The translations under genes were made by a program, and so were the position numbers. DNA of 63,463 bases, counting the filler, from Asterionella formosa (Eukaryota), in the NCBI GenBank assembly GCA_002256025.1. It is 7 parts of 7 records of this genome, joined end to end, with 100 filler letters (N's around TTAATTAATTAA, not from the genome) between each part and the next. Parts side by side here need not be neighbours in the genome. Positions count along the whole stretch, not along the records: positions 1 to 8,990 come from NKIB01011315.1; positions 9,091 to 18,069 come from NKIB01011337.1; 5 more parts are not named here. One strand, 5' to 3'. The notes beneath the pieces were generated by a model. The model was given only the letters and a program-made list of their open reading frames with translations. It was not told where the DNA came from and did not search any database. Shown in pieces: positions 1-12,149 of the stretch (its first letter is position 1; each line of letters opens with the position of its first letter).

Positions 1-74
1 ACATGTGGCTGATGTAACATCATCAGACATTTTCCAAGAAAATCAGCTCATGTTATTTGTAACCGCTGTTGCTC

Positions 75-2069
75 ATGGCGATGAACGGTCACTGCACCAT
101 TCTTTGGTCAACTCAAAGTGGACGAGCAAAAGCATGTGCGAGGCGAGTGACGAGACTAGTAAAGGAGCGATCAACGTTGTCGGTTGATTATCATTCGACA
201 TTTGATGAGCTGGGCTGGGCCGGCCTACAATCGCAACGAAGTCGCGTTTGGATCCTGCTCGTCAGTACTACAGGAGACGGGGAGCACTGCGATTCGATTA
301 AAGATACGTGGAAGAATTTGTAAGTTATGCAATTAAATGGGGTCTTTTTCGAAAAAGCGACGAACCAACTCACTTTGTTGGTACAAACATTCATGATGTT
401 TTATAGACTAAATAAATCACTCCCGAAGGAATTGTTTTCCGAAGTACGATTCGCCCTCTTCTGTCTTGGAGATAGAGCTTATGGAGCTCAATTTTGTGCT
501 GCAGGAAGAAAGTTAGCCGCTAGATTGGTGCAACTTGGTGCCATTCCCTGCTGTGAGGTTGGGTACGGCGACGATGGGGCAAATGGTGGCGTCTTCGGGG
601 ATTTTGATCGTTGGTTAGACGAATCGCTTCTAAAAACGCTTCCCATGAAAGAGGAAGTTGAAGTTCTTAAAAATATAAGTAATTACTCAATTGAGGTTTT
701 ACCCGTGGTGGGTCATCAGATGAATCCCGAACAATTTGATGATTTTCGGTCAGGTGCATGTCCTTTGACGGCATATTCGTACCGTGGCGGAACGAGAATC
801 GACATTACCACCCAATCGACTAAAGTGCCTCGAACTGGCAGGGTAGTCTCTAACATCCGCATTACAGAAGAATCTTGGCAACAAGATACTCGGCACATTT
901 CCATTCAACTGATAAACGAGCCAAATGAAACAGCGCCGTTCCTTGCGGGCGACGTTTTGTCTGTGTTTCCTTCAAATTCGGTTGAAAATGTCATGAAGTT
1001 TCTTAGAGTGCTCCCCAAATCTATTCAATCAATGGCAGATTTTACGATTAAAATTAATGGCGAGTCACAAAGTGGTGCTGTTCCATGGCCTCGGCAATGC
1101 ACACTCAGAGGAATCTTGACACATTGTGCTGATATTCAAGCTTTTCCAGAACGAGAAGACTTGAGGTCCCTTTCGTATTTTTGTTCCGACAAAGAACAAA
1201 GCTCCAAACTTCTATCTCTGAGTGAAACAACTGGAGCACCACTATACAATGAATATATTGTTCGAGAAAAACGAACCTGGGCTGACGTTTTGCATGATTT
1301 TGATTCCATCAAGATTACTGTTGACCACCTTCTGATGCTCTTATCACCTATGCGACCGCGACAATTTAGTATCGCCAGTGCTCCTTCATCCATATTGGAC
1401 CTATGTGTGGCAGTCGTGGAAGGCAAGACGCCATTAGGAAGGTCGTACCAGGGACTTTGCTCAACATTTCTCAGAGAGCTTAGTGTTGGCGACCAAGTTA
1501 ACATGTGGATTAGCCCAGGATCGTTCGGTCGGCTACCCTTGATAAAAGCACCAAATGTTAAACAATTCGAGACTCCGATCCTATGTATTGGTGCTGGTAC
1601 GGGTATTGCCCCTTTGCGAGGATTGATCCAAGAGCGTGAGCGAGTACGGCGACTAATGAATGTTGATACCGACAATGACATCGACGAAAGTGCCCACGGT
1701 GGAGCGCCTGATAACATTTTAGTATTTGGTTCTCGAAAAGAAAGCATGGACTTCTACTACAAAGATGAGTGGAGCTCAATGGCCGAAAATAACAATTTGA
1801 AGCTATACACTGCGTTCAGTCAAGACAACCGGCTTAAGATTTACGTCCAGCAAGTGATTCGTGATGCTCAAGGAGGCAACTTTATTACAAGCCACATACT
1901 TGAGAATAATGGAGCTGTTTTCATTGCGGGTGGTGCCAAAATGGTACGAGCCGTTAAAGACGAAATTTTTGAGTGTTTAGCCAAGGCACTAGGTGACGCG
2001 GGGGAAGCCCAATCGTTCTTGAAAATGATGCAACGACAAGGTAAGTTTGCAGTCGAAGCGTGGAGTTAA
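75..2069 (+). CDS. NDOR1: NADPH-dependent diflavin oxidoreductase 1 (Tah18/NDOR1); exons 75-319 and 407-2069
   Basis: Exon 1 has flavodoxin motifs (ILWSTQSGRA, VSTTGDG). A GTAAGT...TAG intron at 320-406 restores the frame (WKNL-LNKSLP). Downstream motifs: LGDRAY..FCAAG, RPRQFSIAS, GLCS, IGAGTGIAP, VFGSR, KIYVQ and C-terminal EAWS. Confidence 0.9.
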
Positions 2070-2424
2070 TATACAGAAGTTTTGACTGCCGCAATAGCCT
2101 ATTTTTGCGGGTAGTGGTATGGTTGTCACTCCCATTCATCAGGCCAACAGTGCTATAATTAGGTTTAAGGAATTTTTTCCAAAATTAAAATTCTTTCTTC
2201 AATGCATCAAGCTGATTCCTTTCCGGTACGCTATCAAATTATCGAGAAATCGTTGAGGTCAACAGATGGCATCAATCTCATTTGAAGAAAGGCTTTGAAT
2301 AATAAAAGTTCTACATCCAGCCAAGATGATATGCGATACATCCCAGAATTGTTCACTATACCAAGCTAGCAGTCACAGGACCGTTCATTTCCCCCAACGT
2401 ACCTCTCCAGTAACATGTGTCTTT

Positions 2425-3174
2425 TTAATTTTTAGGAAACATATCCACTAAATTGTGAAATCCTGGTTCCAGCACGACTGCTGCACCACATGCCTTCATT
2501 GCAATGGATAATTGCGTTTCATGATGTGGCTTGCCTTGAGCTTTGCAAGCTTCAACAGCTTCCGGTAGTGCCACCCCAACAGCCGTACATCCCGCTGCCA
2601 CTGCCGCTCGAATGTCATCGGGTGTGTCTCCTACCATAATAACGCTACTAGATGGCGACACGCCCAGTAGCTCACATGCTTTGATGACGGGAAAGGGATT
2701 TGGCTTGGGTGGTCCATCTTCCATACAGACACACACATCAAAGAAGGATTCGAGTTTGAATTGTTTTAGAAAAGTTCTACAGTCCTTGCGGGGTCGGCCC
2801 GTTACTACTGCCATACCGGTAGAACGTCTTCGCAATTCTTTCATGGTTTCCATAGAAGGAATGAGTGTTTCCAATTCACACAGTCCCTTCGTCGAAGCTG
2901 TCCCTTGGTAGAAATCTTCAAAGGTTTCTGTGACCTGCTCTAAGGTGATATCCTTCGTTCCGTTCGGGTCTGATTGAATGAGATCCAATGATAGGACCCA
3001 ATCATTGTTGCATCCGCCTCTTGCCTTCCTGTCAGCAATAGTGGCCAATGTAATAGATGTTGCGCCATAGAAATGGCATGTTGCAATAATGGCCGCTCGG
3101 TAAGATCCAGAGACTTCGGCCATGACACCGTCCATGTCGAGGAGGAGAGTTGATCCAGTGATGATTGGAGTCAT
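2425..3174 (-). CDS. HAD-superfamily (subfamily IA) phosphatase, TIGR01548-like; candidate histidinol-phosphate phosphatase
   Basis: Motif I LLDMDGV followed by AEVSGSYRAAII, motif II VVTGRP, motif III KP, motif IV MVGDTPDD; intronless 249-aa ORF. Confidence 0.8.
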   Translation of the reverse strand: MTPIITGSTLLLDMDGVMAEVSGSYRAAIIATCHFYGATSITLATIADRKARGGCNNDWVLSLDLIQSDPNGTKDITLEQVTETFEDFYQGTASTKGLCELETLIPSMETMKELRRRSTGMAVVTGRPRKDCRTFLKQFKLESFFDVCVCMEDGPPKPNPFPVIKACELLGVSPSSSVIMVGDTPDDIRAAVAAGCTAVGVALPEAVEACKAQGKPHHETQLSIAMKACGAAVVLEPGFHNLVDMFPKN

Positions 3175-4320
3175 GGTGCTTCTGATGGCTAGTTTGTATT
3201 ACTGTCGTGACCAACACGAAGAACACGGCAGTGCTCTCGTCCGATCGTTAGTTACTATATTGAGGGTGATGTCGCCAACGACTCATAGCAAATGCGATTT
3301 TGCCTTCCATCAAGATCCTGGTGGGTCTGTGTCTGAGGAACGCAAAACCATGACGATAATTTTGAATCGTCATCACACCACTACTGCAAATGCTGACCAG
3401 CATGACGTCAACAAACGCTGTTAATATCTGAGTACGGCGCACTACAAAAGAGCAGCACGGACCGGATCATCAGATTAGGTATTATATGTGCGTATGTAAA
3501 CCAGCAATCCCCACCCTAGCTATCGTCTTGCTTTTCGATGAGAACTGTGGGTGTCTAAGTAATTTTTGGTATCTTTTAAGTAATTTAATATTTAGGGGCA
3601 ATATGGGGCACAGCGGATTTTCGGCAGTCAATTTTAGGTTTGAGCAGCAGGGACCATCGAGCAACGTCAGGAGTAGAATTTTCATGGGAAAAAGTTTGGA
3701 CACAAAACATGACAATAGCCTTCATCAATGTTCTGAAGAGGAAGAAATATGTTTCATAATTAGTATACTCAACCATGGCGGGAACTCAAATATGACAACA
3801 ACAATGAACAAGCACATACCTGTCCTCTCTTCCTTATTGAATATGAGTTAATGCAGAACACCGGTTCCATCATGTTCCGGCTGCTTTGTGGAGTTTGCAA
3901 TAGCTCATTGAGATTGACGACTTTTTGTTGTCATTGTAGAAGATTATGCAGAAGTAACAAAAGTAATATTGTGATTAGAAAGCAATGAAACAATACTATT
4001 GTAGAGTAGCGGAAAAAAGCCAACATATGAGCACTAAAACTTGCTGCCAAGATCTGATTTGAGATAGTGTGGGACACGTAGAAACATGCTACAAAATTAT
4101 AGTTAAAATTTAACGGCTGATCATATCTGACGAAAATACCGGTTCAATGACGAGATGGAAGCCTAACTTTGACCTACCATAACGTTTCGAGTTTTGATAC
4201 CCAACGACTGATTGAGGTCGCTTCTGAACAATCATTAATTATTTATCACTACATATCAAATCTAGCGAAGTATTTGACCGGAAAGGCTATCGGAAATCAA
4301 CTGAAAGGGGAACCGAAATT

Positions 4321-5286
4321 TTAGTGCCTAAATTTCCTTGTATCCAGTTCAGCCATAGTTGGAGACTGACCAAGCATCAAAACATCACATGTGTGTTGCT
4401 CACACATGTACACATTGATGACACGAAAATATGTGTTAGCACAAGTGACACTGCTTGGAGGAGTTGATTTTGCTACTGTAGCCTTTTTATTTTTTGTTGC
4501 CTTCTTTACAACAGGAGGAGGAACAGGCAATGACTTATCATCGTCATCACTGCTATTTTGCGATTTAAGAACAAAGTCAGGGTCTTTGTCTGCTACATCT
4601 GGCTTCCCTTTCTGTGAACAATCAGAGTCCATATCAACATTGCCACGACTCTTTTCTTCATCTTCAATAATAGATTCATCATTATTGCTGTTGTTGTTGT
4701 GGATGACAATCACTTCATTATAAGTGATCATAATAGAAGGGGGGTATAGTTGACCAACCAGCCAGTCTCTTTTCAGTAAACGGAAAATTAAGGAAATAGT
4801 GATGTCCTTCTTGCCATTCCTGTACCCTGACACTTTAAATCTCACGCAAATTTTTCGAAGTACCTTGACAGATATATGTTTTTTGTCAATTCCTTTTATA
4901 TGAATCAATCCCAGCCCAATTTCATCCAGAACAAAGTCATCTGGTACTATGAGCGAGTTGACGAACTCATCAATATTGGCTAGACAACCGGGAAAGGGTT
5001 TCCTCTTTTCAGGGGTACCCATCTCGTCAATGTCAAGAAGTGTAACAGCAGTCGTTGCAGGTATTTTATTTTCAGATGGATCCATCTCGTCAACATCAAG
5101 TGTACCAGCAGTTGGAGGTATTTTCTTTTAAGGTGGACCCATCTCGTCAATGTCGGTTGCACCAGCAGTAGACGACTCAACAATATCTTCGACGTCCTCA
5201 TCAGCTACAAGGCATTGATTCTTTTCCGAAATGGGAATATCGGCGGCATCAGAAGTTTCAGCTGTATCCACTACTTTGCTGCTCAT
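4321..5286 (-). pseudogene. Repeat-borne ORF (copy A), probable transposon accessory protein, with one premature stop at 5128-5130
   Basis: ORFs 5128-5427 and 4321-5085 are in the same frame and are separated by a TAA where copy B reads GAA. It carries DEMxP-ENKIP peptide repeats, and 4382-5678 is homologous to 61270-62690. Confidence 0.6.
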
Positions 5287-5485
5287 TGCGCCAATTAATC
5301 GAGATATACTGTATACACGGTAGTCGATGTTGGAAGACAGGTATAGAGATGAGCGGACTACTGATTCTTGTTTGACTGACAAAGCTGAAAGGTAGTGTAT
5401 ACAGAGTACCATATATATATTTAACAAAAAATAGTTGGCGCAATATTTAATAATGTTATGCTTGCGTATTTACAGTTATTTTATC

Positions 5486-5678
5486 AGTGCCAACGGACAT
5501 GATACACAGTGATCAACGGCTGTATCACTGATACAGCATTGGTCAGGGGTCGAAAAACTGTATCAGTGATACACCCATGATACACCGGTGATCAGACCAA
5601 AAAAACCATTGGTGATACACAAAAAAAACCAAACCGCCATTTTTGTATCATTTTTTGGCGATGATACACCAATGTCGA
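5486..5678. mobile_element. ~200-bp MITE-like module rich in TGATACA/TGTATCA repeats (second copy 61270-61469)
   Basis: Many TGATAC(A/C) units in both orientations. The copy at 61270-61469 has imperfect CAGT...ACTG inverted ends. Confidence 0.45.
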
Positions 5679-6060
5679 CAAATAACAGAATGATAAGAAC
5701 GGCCCTAAGTAAACGGCAGTCAATTGAGGGGCTATAGATATCAGTAATCAAATTCCCCTAAATAAATGGCAGTCGATTTCGGCAATAAAATCTAGGGGCT
5801 ATTGAAAATATTGAAGGTAGTTTGGCAGTCGAAAAACGGAGCATATGAAATATACAAAATATGTTTTATATGATGGGCAATTGAAGGATTGAGTAATCCA
5901 AAAACTGTACATATGAAATATACAAAATATGTTTTATATGATGGGCAATTGGCTAGTTCGCATCCAACATACAAACTATCTAAAATAGGTTTTCAATGTT
6001 AACTGAAAGGGCAATGTAATGGCGAAAAGCGCGCCGATAGCTAGTTTGTGAATTGCCTAG

Positions 6061-6209
6061 GTAATACCCTACTCGGGAGGAGTCTGCCTACTCGCAATCT
6101 TGTGTACTCGGCTTGGCGGGCGCCACTCGTTCGGTCAACCTACTCGCGCCTTCCAAGCCTCGAACACAAGAATACTCGCAGGCAGTCTCCACCCTCAGTC
6201 TTGTATTAC
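6061..6209 (-). other. 149-nt rod-like hairpin with periodic CGAG/CGAG tandem G-A motifs (putative structured RNA/ssDNA or foldback element)
   Basis: Nested inverted repeats GTAATAC/GTATTAC, GGAGnCTGCCT/AGGCAGnCTCC, TCTTGTGT/ACACAAGA, GGCTTGG/CCAAGCC and GGCGC/GCGCC, interleaved with (A)CTCG direct repeats on both arms. Confidence 0.75.
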
Positions 6210-7419
6210 TACCTTCAGCAATCATGCCGCAATGACAGCATGAATTTGCTTTGATTCTTCTGCCATTGTGCCCTACCATATTGTTCATGTTTTTATCTTG
6301 CACTTTTTAGATTTGATGGGAGTTTCTTTAATTGCTCTTTCCACAGCATATCTTGCATACCTGTTCTCATTCCCATGAAATAATTTCCTTGCTACCATTT
6401 CATTTAGTATCACTTCATCAGTATCCACTTTCTGGGTTTAAACAGTATCATGTAGGTCACTCCTTGCTTGGTAAGATCAATTCAGTATTGAATTCAGTAT
6501 TGAATTGATTGACCATTTCCTTGAACATTGTTATAAAAAGGAGAGACAATTATGTGGTGAAATAGCTTATATGTTTACAATTTCAGGTTCAAAAATCTAA
6601 CACTGGACAAGGCAAGCGATTGGGCCATCCTTTTGATGTAGCTACAATGATTGACTTTGAAATGATCCAGCTTTTCTCATTTCTGAAACCAGTTCAAATT
6701 CTGTTTTACCATTTGAATTCAAAGTTCGCAAAGAGTTCCTTCCAATTAGTCTTGAAGGTTCAGCACATTGGTGATATTGTTGAACCAGTTGTTGAGAGCA
6801 AGATTGAGTCCCTCATAAATTGTTATGATATTTGGGTCAAGATTGCTCTCCATCACTGCAAAGTGATCATGGCAATGAAAACCACTCACAACCCTTTTTC
6901 CATTGACCTTCAATTTCTTGCACGTTTGCGGTTCTGCATTTTCCATCGGTTAGAGACAATGAACAAGTCTCATGTCAAATCACAGAAGCTTTTCCGGTAT
7001 GCCAGTACAAGTTGAACGAATGTGAACAATCAATAGATTTGGTTGTGCATTGACTTCTATTGAAGATTCACTGCAAGTAGCTAAAAATGGCTACGCTACA
7101 GGTAAGCATTTGACAGAACAGATTGCTACCACCTGCTCATCCTGCTGGTATCTAAATAAATTTTGAGGTTTAATAGAAAAAAGAGGTTTTGGGTAAAAAT
7201 TACAAAGAATGAATCATGTGGGCTGTGTCAGAAATATATGAATATTCTTACATCTAATTTAATTTAAAGAACAAATTTATTCACCATATTTGGAGTGCTC
7301 ATATTCTTTCAACTGAAAAAAACAATTCAGCTGAAATGATGTAACAGACTTAAATCAAGTCAAAGGACGAGTTTGTAGGCAAGAATCTATAAATAAGCAG
7401 GGTGGAGTCTGCTATTACT

Positions 7420-7652
7420 CAAGGAAGGTCCGGTAATCGAAATATTTAGCTTAATCTTTTCTCTATTACAAAACGTGTATTACAGGACCTTCTCAATGGT
7501 ACCCTGCAAGTTGCGATAGTTTTGCTTAGATAAACAGTTTAATATTGGATAAAGAAGCAGCAAGTTGCGGTAATTGTTCTGAATCTAAAAAATTAGCTAT
7601 CGCTATACTGTGTTAAATGGTCTATTTAAGCAAAATGACCGCAACTTGCAGG
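7420..7652. mobile_element. Cluster of three short MITEs: 7420-7493 (family of 36135-36208), partial 7502-7556, and complete 96-bp 7557-7652 (family of 46621-46716)
   Basis: TIRs GCAAGTTGCGGTAATT / AATGACCGCAACTTGC and GAAGGTCCGGTAAT / ATTACAGGACCTTC; internal sequence is shared with copies on other contigs. Confidence 0.7.
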
Positions 7653-8990
7653 TTTCTGCATGACTTCAAGAATCACAAACACCTCCTCATCTGCAAGTTG
7701 CACATGTAACCTTCACCATAGTCAAACGTTTGTATTTTCTGGGTTTTTTTTAGTCCTTTTTCCTATACTAGGTAAAATTTCTTCTTCGAGTTTCACCGAA
7801 CTTTTCGTGGAGTCTCTCAACAAATGTCTACAGCACTTTATGGTACTTCTTGATTATTTTGGAAAAATCGGCCATTGAAATACCACTCAAGCAAAATTTG
7901 CCACAACAATGCTAAATCAACCAATTGATCGACAAAGGTGGCACTTTTGGTACTGCCGGTGACCTCATAAACATGGTAAATGATAGCAGACTAGAGGAAC
8001 TAATGATTAGCTGTTTGCTTATTGTATGTTTTAGGGCAGTTGGATGATCTGATGGATCAGTAAGCCGTTCACTAGATAATTTGCATGCATTTGGCAAATA
8101 AAAAGTACATCTCCGAACAATCCACCTGAGAATCGCGTTTGCCACTCCTCCATGGCTACATCTTTAGATACAATGACCCGTTGTTGCATCCTTTTTCCCT
8201 GCTGATCTGCTGATTATTGTGCTGCTTCAAACCTTCGCCAATCGTTCCCTTGTATGGTTGCCAATGTCCGACTTGAAGGATATTTCGACTTCCATTGCGC
8301 AGCTTATCATTCAAATCAACCCATTCTTCAAATCATAGTTATTGCTGCTTCCGCAGGAAAGAAGAGGAATGGAAATGTACAACTTCGTGAGATTCTGGTG
8401 GACAAAGTTGTGCAACAATATCCGGTCTGCTTCTTACTGTTGGAAGGTTACTCTGTTTGATTGTCACATCCGGGACAATGTGCACAATTCCCTCACCTTC
8501 AGACGACTATCTAAACACTAAAATTATGCTGCAAGACAAGAAACCAAGCAATCAAGCAAGACAAAGGGAGGACAAGGACATCAATTCCGGAGAGGTGTGA
8601 CAATGTAAAAATTTATGGTGGGGTTATATTATTCACTGCGCTAGCTATACCGTGTTGTAATCAGAGGGAGAAAAAAGTCTACAAAGGTTTCTACATACAG
8701 ATATATTATGATGAACGATGAATCTCCGAAATTATGAAATCACCGCGATTTGCGATTTTCGACTTCTTCATCTCTTGGTGAATCTTTGATGAGAGATGAT
8801 GAAGAGAAACAGCAGCAATCGACCCCTGCCTCATTTCGCTTTGGTCGATCGGCACCATGAAACAATTTTAATTTTAGTTCAGGAAACACAAGACTGATTA
8901 GGATTCTTTTTCTATAATATACAATTGCCCATTTTATCAACAAACGCTTGAAGCATAAAAGGTTGCATATGTGCACTATGGCTGGATGCA

Positions 8991-9090
8991 NNNNNNNNNN
9001 NNNNNNNNNNNNNNNNNNNNNNNNNNNNNNNNNNTTAATTAATTAANNNNNNNNNNNNNNNNNNNNNNNNNNNNNNNNNNNNNNNNNNNN
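8991..9090. other. Artificial contig linker (N44-TTAATTAATTAA-N44); equivalent linkers at 18070-18169, 27153-27252, 36234-36333, 45312-45411 and 54390-54489
   Basis: The same 100-nt spacer with stops in all six frames recurs every ~9.08 kb, and genes are cut at these points. Confidence 0.97.
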
Positions 9091-9915
9091 TCGGTGTCCA
9101 GAACAATTCCACTGCATTGACACAATCACCATTGTCTACCATGGAGTCGCTAGCAATACTAGATAAGACCTCCTTGGTACCAGCTCGGCTGAAGCCAGCA
9201 CCGTCGAATCTACAACAGTTGTGGTCAATACGGAATGGACAAGCAACACGCAATTCATGCAATCAGGATGACACTTACTTTGTGGAGTCACCTTGGATTT
9301 CAATAATCAAACTCACAACAACCAGTGTTGGCCCACCGCCTTTCTCAACATTTTCTCCACTTGGAATGTATTCCTGCACGAATTCTTAGTTTAGGTTGAA
9401 ACGCGACCGAAAACGTAGCTTCTAATGAGAACAAATGATTGCACTCTCACCTTTTCAAATTTTATGGCTTCCCTGTTAGACCAGTCGTTGAACAAGCTCT
9501 CTGCTTTGCCACCATCGTTCTGGCTGAACCACTTACTTTCGCTACAAGCGCCACACCAGTCATCGCTCTTTCTCAGCAATGCGAGGCAAACTTCATTGGT
9601 CAGCTTGGCCAAAGAACTGGAGGAACGAGAGCTCTTCTCCAGCATGCCAAAAATTGAACTTGAAGATCGATCGGAAGAAAGGAGACTGAGTTGGACCTTA
9701 CCGACTGTGATGCCTTTGCCCAGTGGCCCGCTTTCTTCGAAGATTTTGTCGAAAAAGTTCAACGCTGTGATGTCCTTGTTAGGGATTTGCACATTTGCAT
9801 TTCTGAAAAACGCTTGGTTCTTGGCGTTCGAATTGGCGAGAAATGCTGTTGTCGGATCAAAAATGAATCCAAGACCAACAAAGATGGTAAGTTTCAGGCC
9901 GTTGTAGATACTCAT
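9091..9915 (-). CDS. DUF1517 / FLAP1-like plastid-targeted protein; exons 9915-9451, 9373-9279, 9209-<9091 (3' truncated by contig end)
   Basis: Signal peptide plus TTAFL bipartite presequence. DUF1517-type motifs: VGKVQLSL, EVCLALLR, AESLFNDWSNRE..KFEKE, LVVVSLII, AVELFWTP. Two GT-AG introns keep the frame. Confidence 0.8.
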
Positions 9916-10939
9916 GGTGAACACGTTATCATGTGTCTTCAATCATTTGTGTCCAGTATGATATGGTGTTGTTGCTTTTGCCTACCGGTACCGGAAGGTC
10001 CGGTTGTGCACGTTTTATGCGCACCTTTCAGTTTCGACGGACCCCAAAGGATCGTCGCATGCCTGCCAGACAGGGTAGGCTGGCTTTTCATTCCAGTCTC
10101 TCTTTAGTAACTTTCTTCAATGTAAAATCCAGTCTCTCTTAAGTAACTTTCTTCAATGTAAAATCATCCTTCATTAAATCCAAGTCTTGTTCGGATCATC
10201 GAAATTGTGTCCACCTACTGCTGCTGGTAATGGTGTCAAGCAACTGGATGACGGTTCATCTGCAAATAAAAACTATCATCTTTCCATGATGTATCATAGG
10301 ATTGTGATCATCTGATCATAATTTTTCATTACATCATCTAATAATTTTGATAAATGCCCTTGCAATTTAAATAGTAACCCTTTTGAATATGTATATTTAA
10401 TTATGATATATATTGTTTCTATTAGATTCCTGTATTTGAATTTCTTGGTAGGATATTGTACCAGCTAAAGTAATGTAATTTGGCTCATCATCTCCATCCT
10501 TCATCACTCCGAATTTTGCAACAGCAACGAAATACTAGCGATGAAAAGTGGAATGATTGTTTGCGATAACGTCTTCAATCATTGGTCAAGTGATCATTAT
10601 ATCTTTGAGTAATCGTCATGTGCAGTGAACCTATGTTCATAATCATTGAAATTAAGTGTTCATTCGAACTCGGAATGCTTCCGCACACAGCGCACATAGT
10701 AAATCCGTTTGGTCAACCGCCAGCATTACAATCTTTCCAATCAACTCGTAAAGTAAACAAACACATTCTACTTGTTCTCATTGATATTTTCAATTCTCCC
10801 ATGATACTACATCTACAATTGAGATTCAGCATAGAAGTAGATACGAAAATGTAACAGACTGCTGTCCACATAGTTATAGTTATAGAATGATTCTGATTAC
10901 AATTTCTTTTTCATGTCGCTCGTTTCCGCATGTGAGATG

Positions 10940-11460
10940 CTGCACTTGTATTCAGTGTTGAACTTGTCCGCATCTTTGTTGCCATCAATAGAGCGACAAG
11001 TGGCTCTCATCATTATTGTTTGCTCATGGAAAACCCGCCCGGTATCCGCATCATCAACAATAGAGTGACAAACGTCCTTCATCATTATCATTGTGGTTTG
11101 CTGCAGGGAAAATTCGGTATCCGTATCGTCGTCATTTGCTTGTTGGAACTGTCTGTTTCCTCAAACCTGCTTAGCGGGCGCTTACACACCACACTGTTGA
11201 CTTGTTTTCATTGGTATGTTGTTCTTGTATTCACTGTTGAACTTGTCCGCATCTTTGTTGTTACCATCAATAGAGCGACAAGTGGCTCTCTTCACTGTTG
11301 TTTGCTCCTGGAAAAGTCGGTGTCCGTGTTATCCTCATCAATAGAGGGACAAGTGTCCTTCGTCGTTGTGGTTTGCCGCTGGAAAAATTGGTACCCGTGG
11401 TATCATCATTCGCTCGTTGGAACCACTGTCCGTTGCCTCAAACCTGCTTAGCGTGTGTGT
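10940..11460. repeat. Degenerate ~280-bp tandem duplication with ~65-bp subunits (CATCAATAGAGnGACAAG)
   Basis: CTTGTATTCAnTGTTGAACTTGTCCGCATCTTTGTTG...ATCAATAGAGCGACAAGTGGCTCTC occurs at ~10944 and ~11224; CCTCAAACCTGCTTAGCG occurs at ~11159 and ~11435. Confidence 0.75.
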
Positions 11461-12057
11461 ATGTACACTGTCGACTTGTCAACATTACAGCAGTGACTTA
11501 GCTACTACTTAAGTGCATGTTATAATATCATACTCAGTAGTACGATGCAGAATACAGTTCCCAATCAACATTGAATGATTGATAAGATGATAATGTCATA
11601 TCACGATAGGGTTACTTCGATGCATACATCACCAAAAATTGATACGTAATATTGAATAATGTTTATCACATAGCTATGATACATTGATCATAGGACCATG
11701 ATGATTTCATAAAATGTTTATGGTACTATAATTTTAATCAAAATATGATTATGTTAAAATTATACAATGATAATAAAATACGATAAAATATGTACGCAAG
11801 TGTTATCAATACATCATAGAAGAAAGATCAATCAATCATAAAGTATATTATTTAATATATATATATTCGACTTTTAATGTATACAGTAAAAGCAAATAGT
11901 TAAATTGATAGTATTATATAGTGAATAGGAGCTAAGTATATGGATGTGTTGATATGTACGTCACCAAAATATGATTTGTGATTTGGATTGATGCTTATCA
12001 CAAACCGGTATCCTCAACAACCAGCCATCATGTTCATCGTTGTGTCGTTTTTCCTTG

Positions 12058-12058
<1 letters not shown>

Positions 12059-12144
<86 letters not shown>
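12059..12144. repeat. (TA)43 microsatellite
   Basis: Perfect TA run. Confidence 0.97.
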
Positions 12145-12146
<2 letters not shown>

Positions 12147-12149
12147 TAT

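Noticed and set aside
1136..1747. Long antisense ORFs over NDOR1 (similar ones over DUF1517, the MDR-like gene and PSAT)
   Set aside because: They are shadows of real genes on the opposite strand and have no motifs of their own.
6300..8980. Coding-like fragments (also 33700-35100, 50400-51350, 53600-54200)
   Set aside because: They are probably decayed TE or gene remnants, but I could not recognise any family motif, so they are left uncalled.
9035..9046. TTAATTAATTAA palindrome recurring every ~9.08 kb
   Set aside because: It is a six-frame-stop linker embedded in N runs and is not biological.
10940..11460. CRISPR-like repeat-spacer pattern (also 36828-37445)
   Set aside because: The repeats are degenerate and irregularly spaced, the spacers at 10.9-11.5 kb are themselves duplicated, there are no cas genes, and the context is eukaryotic.
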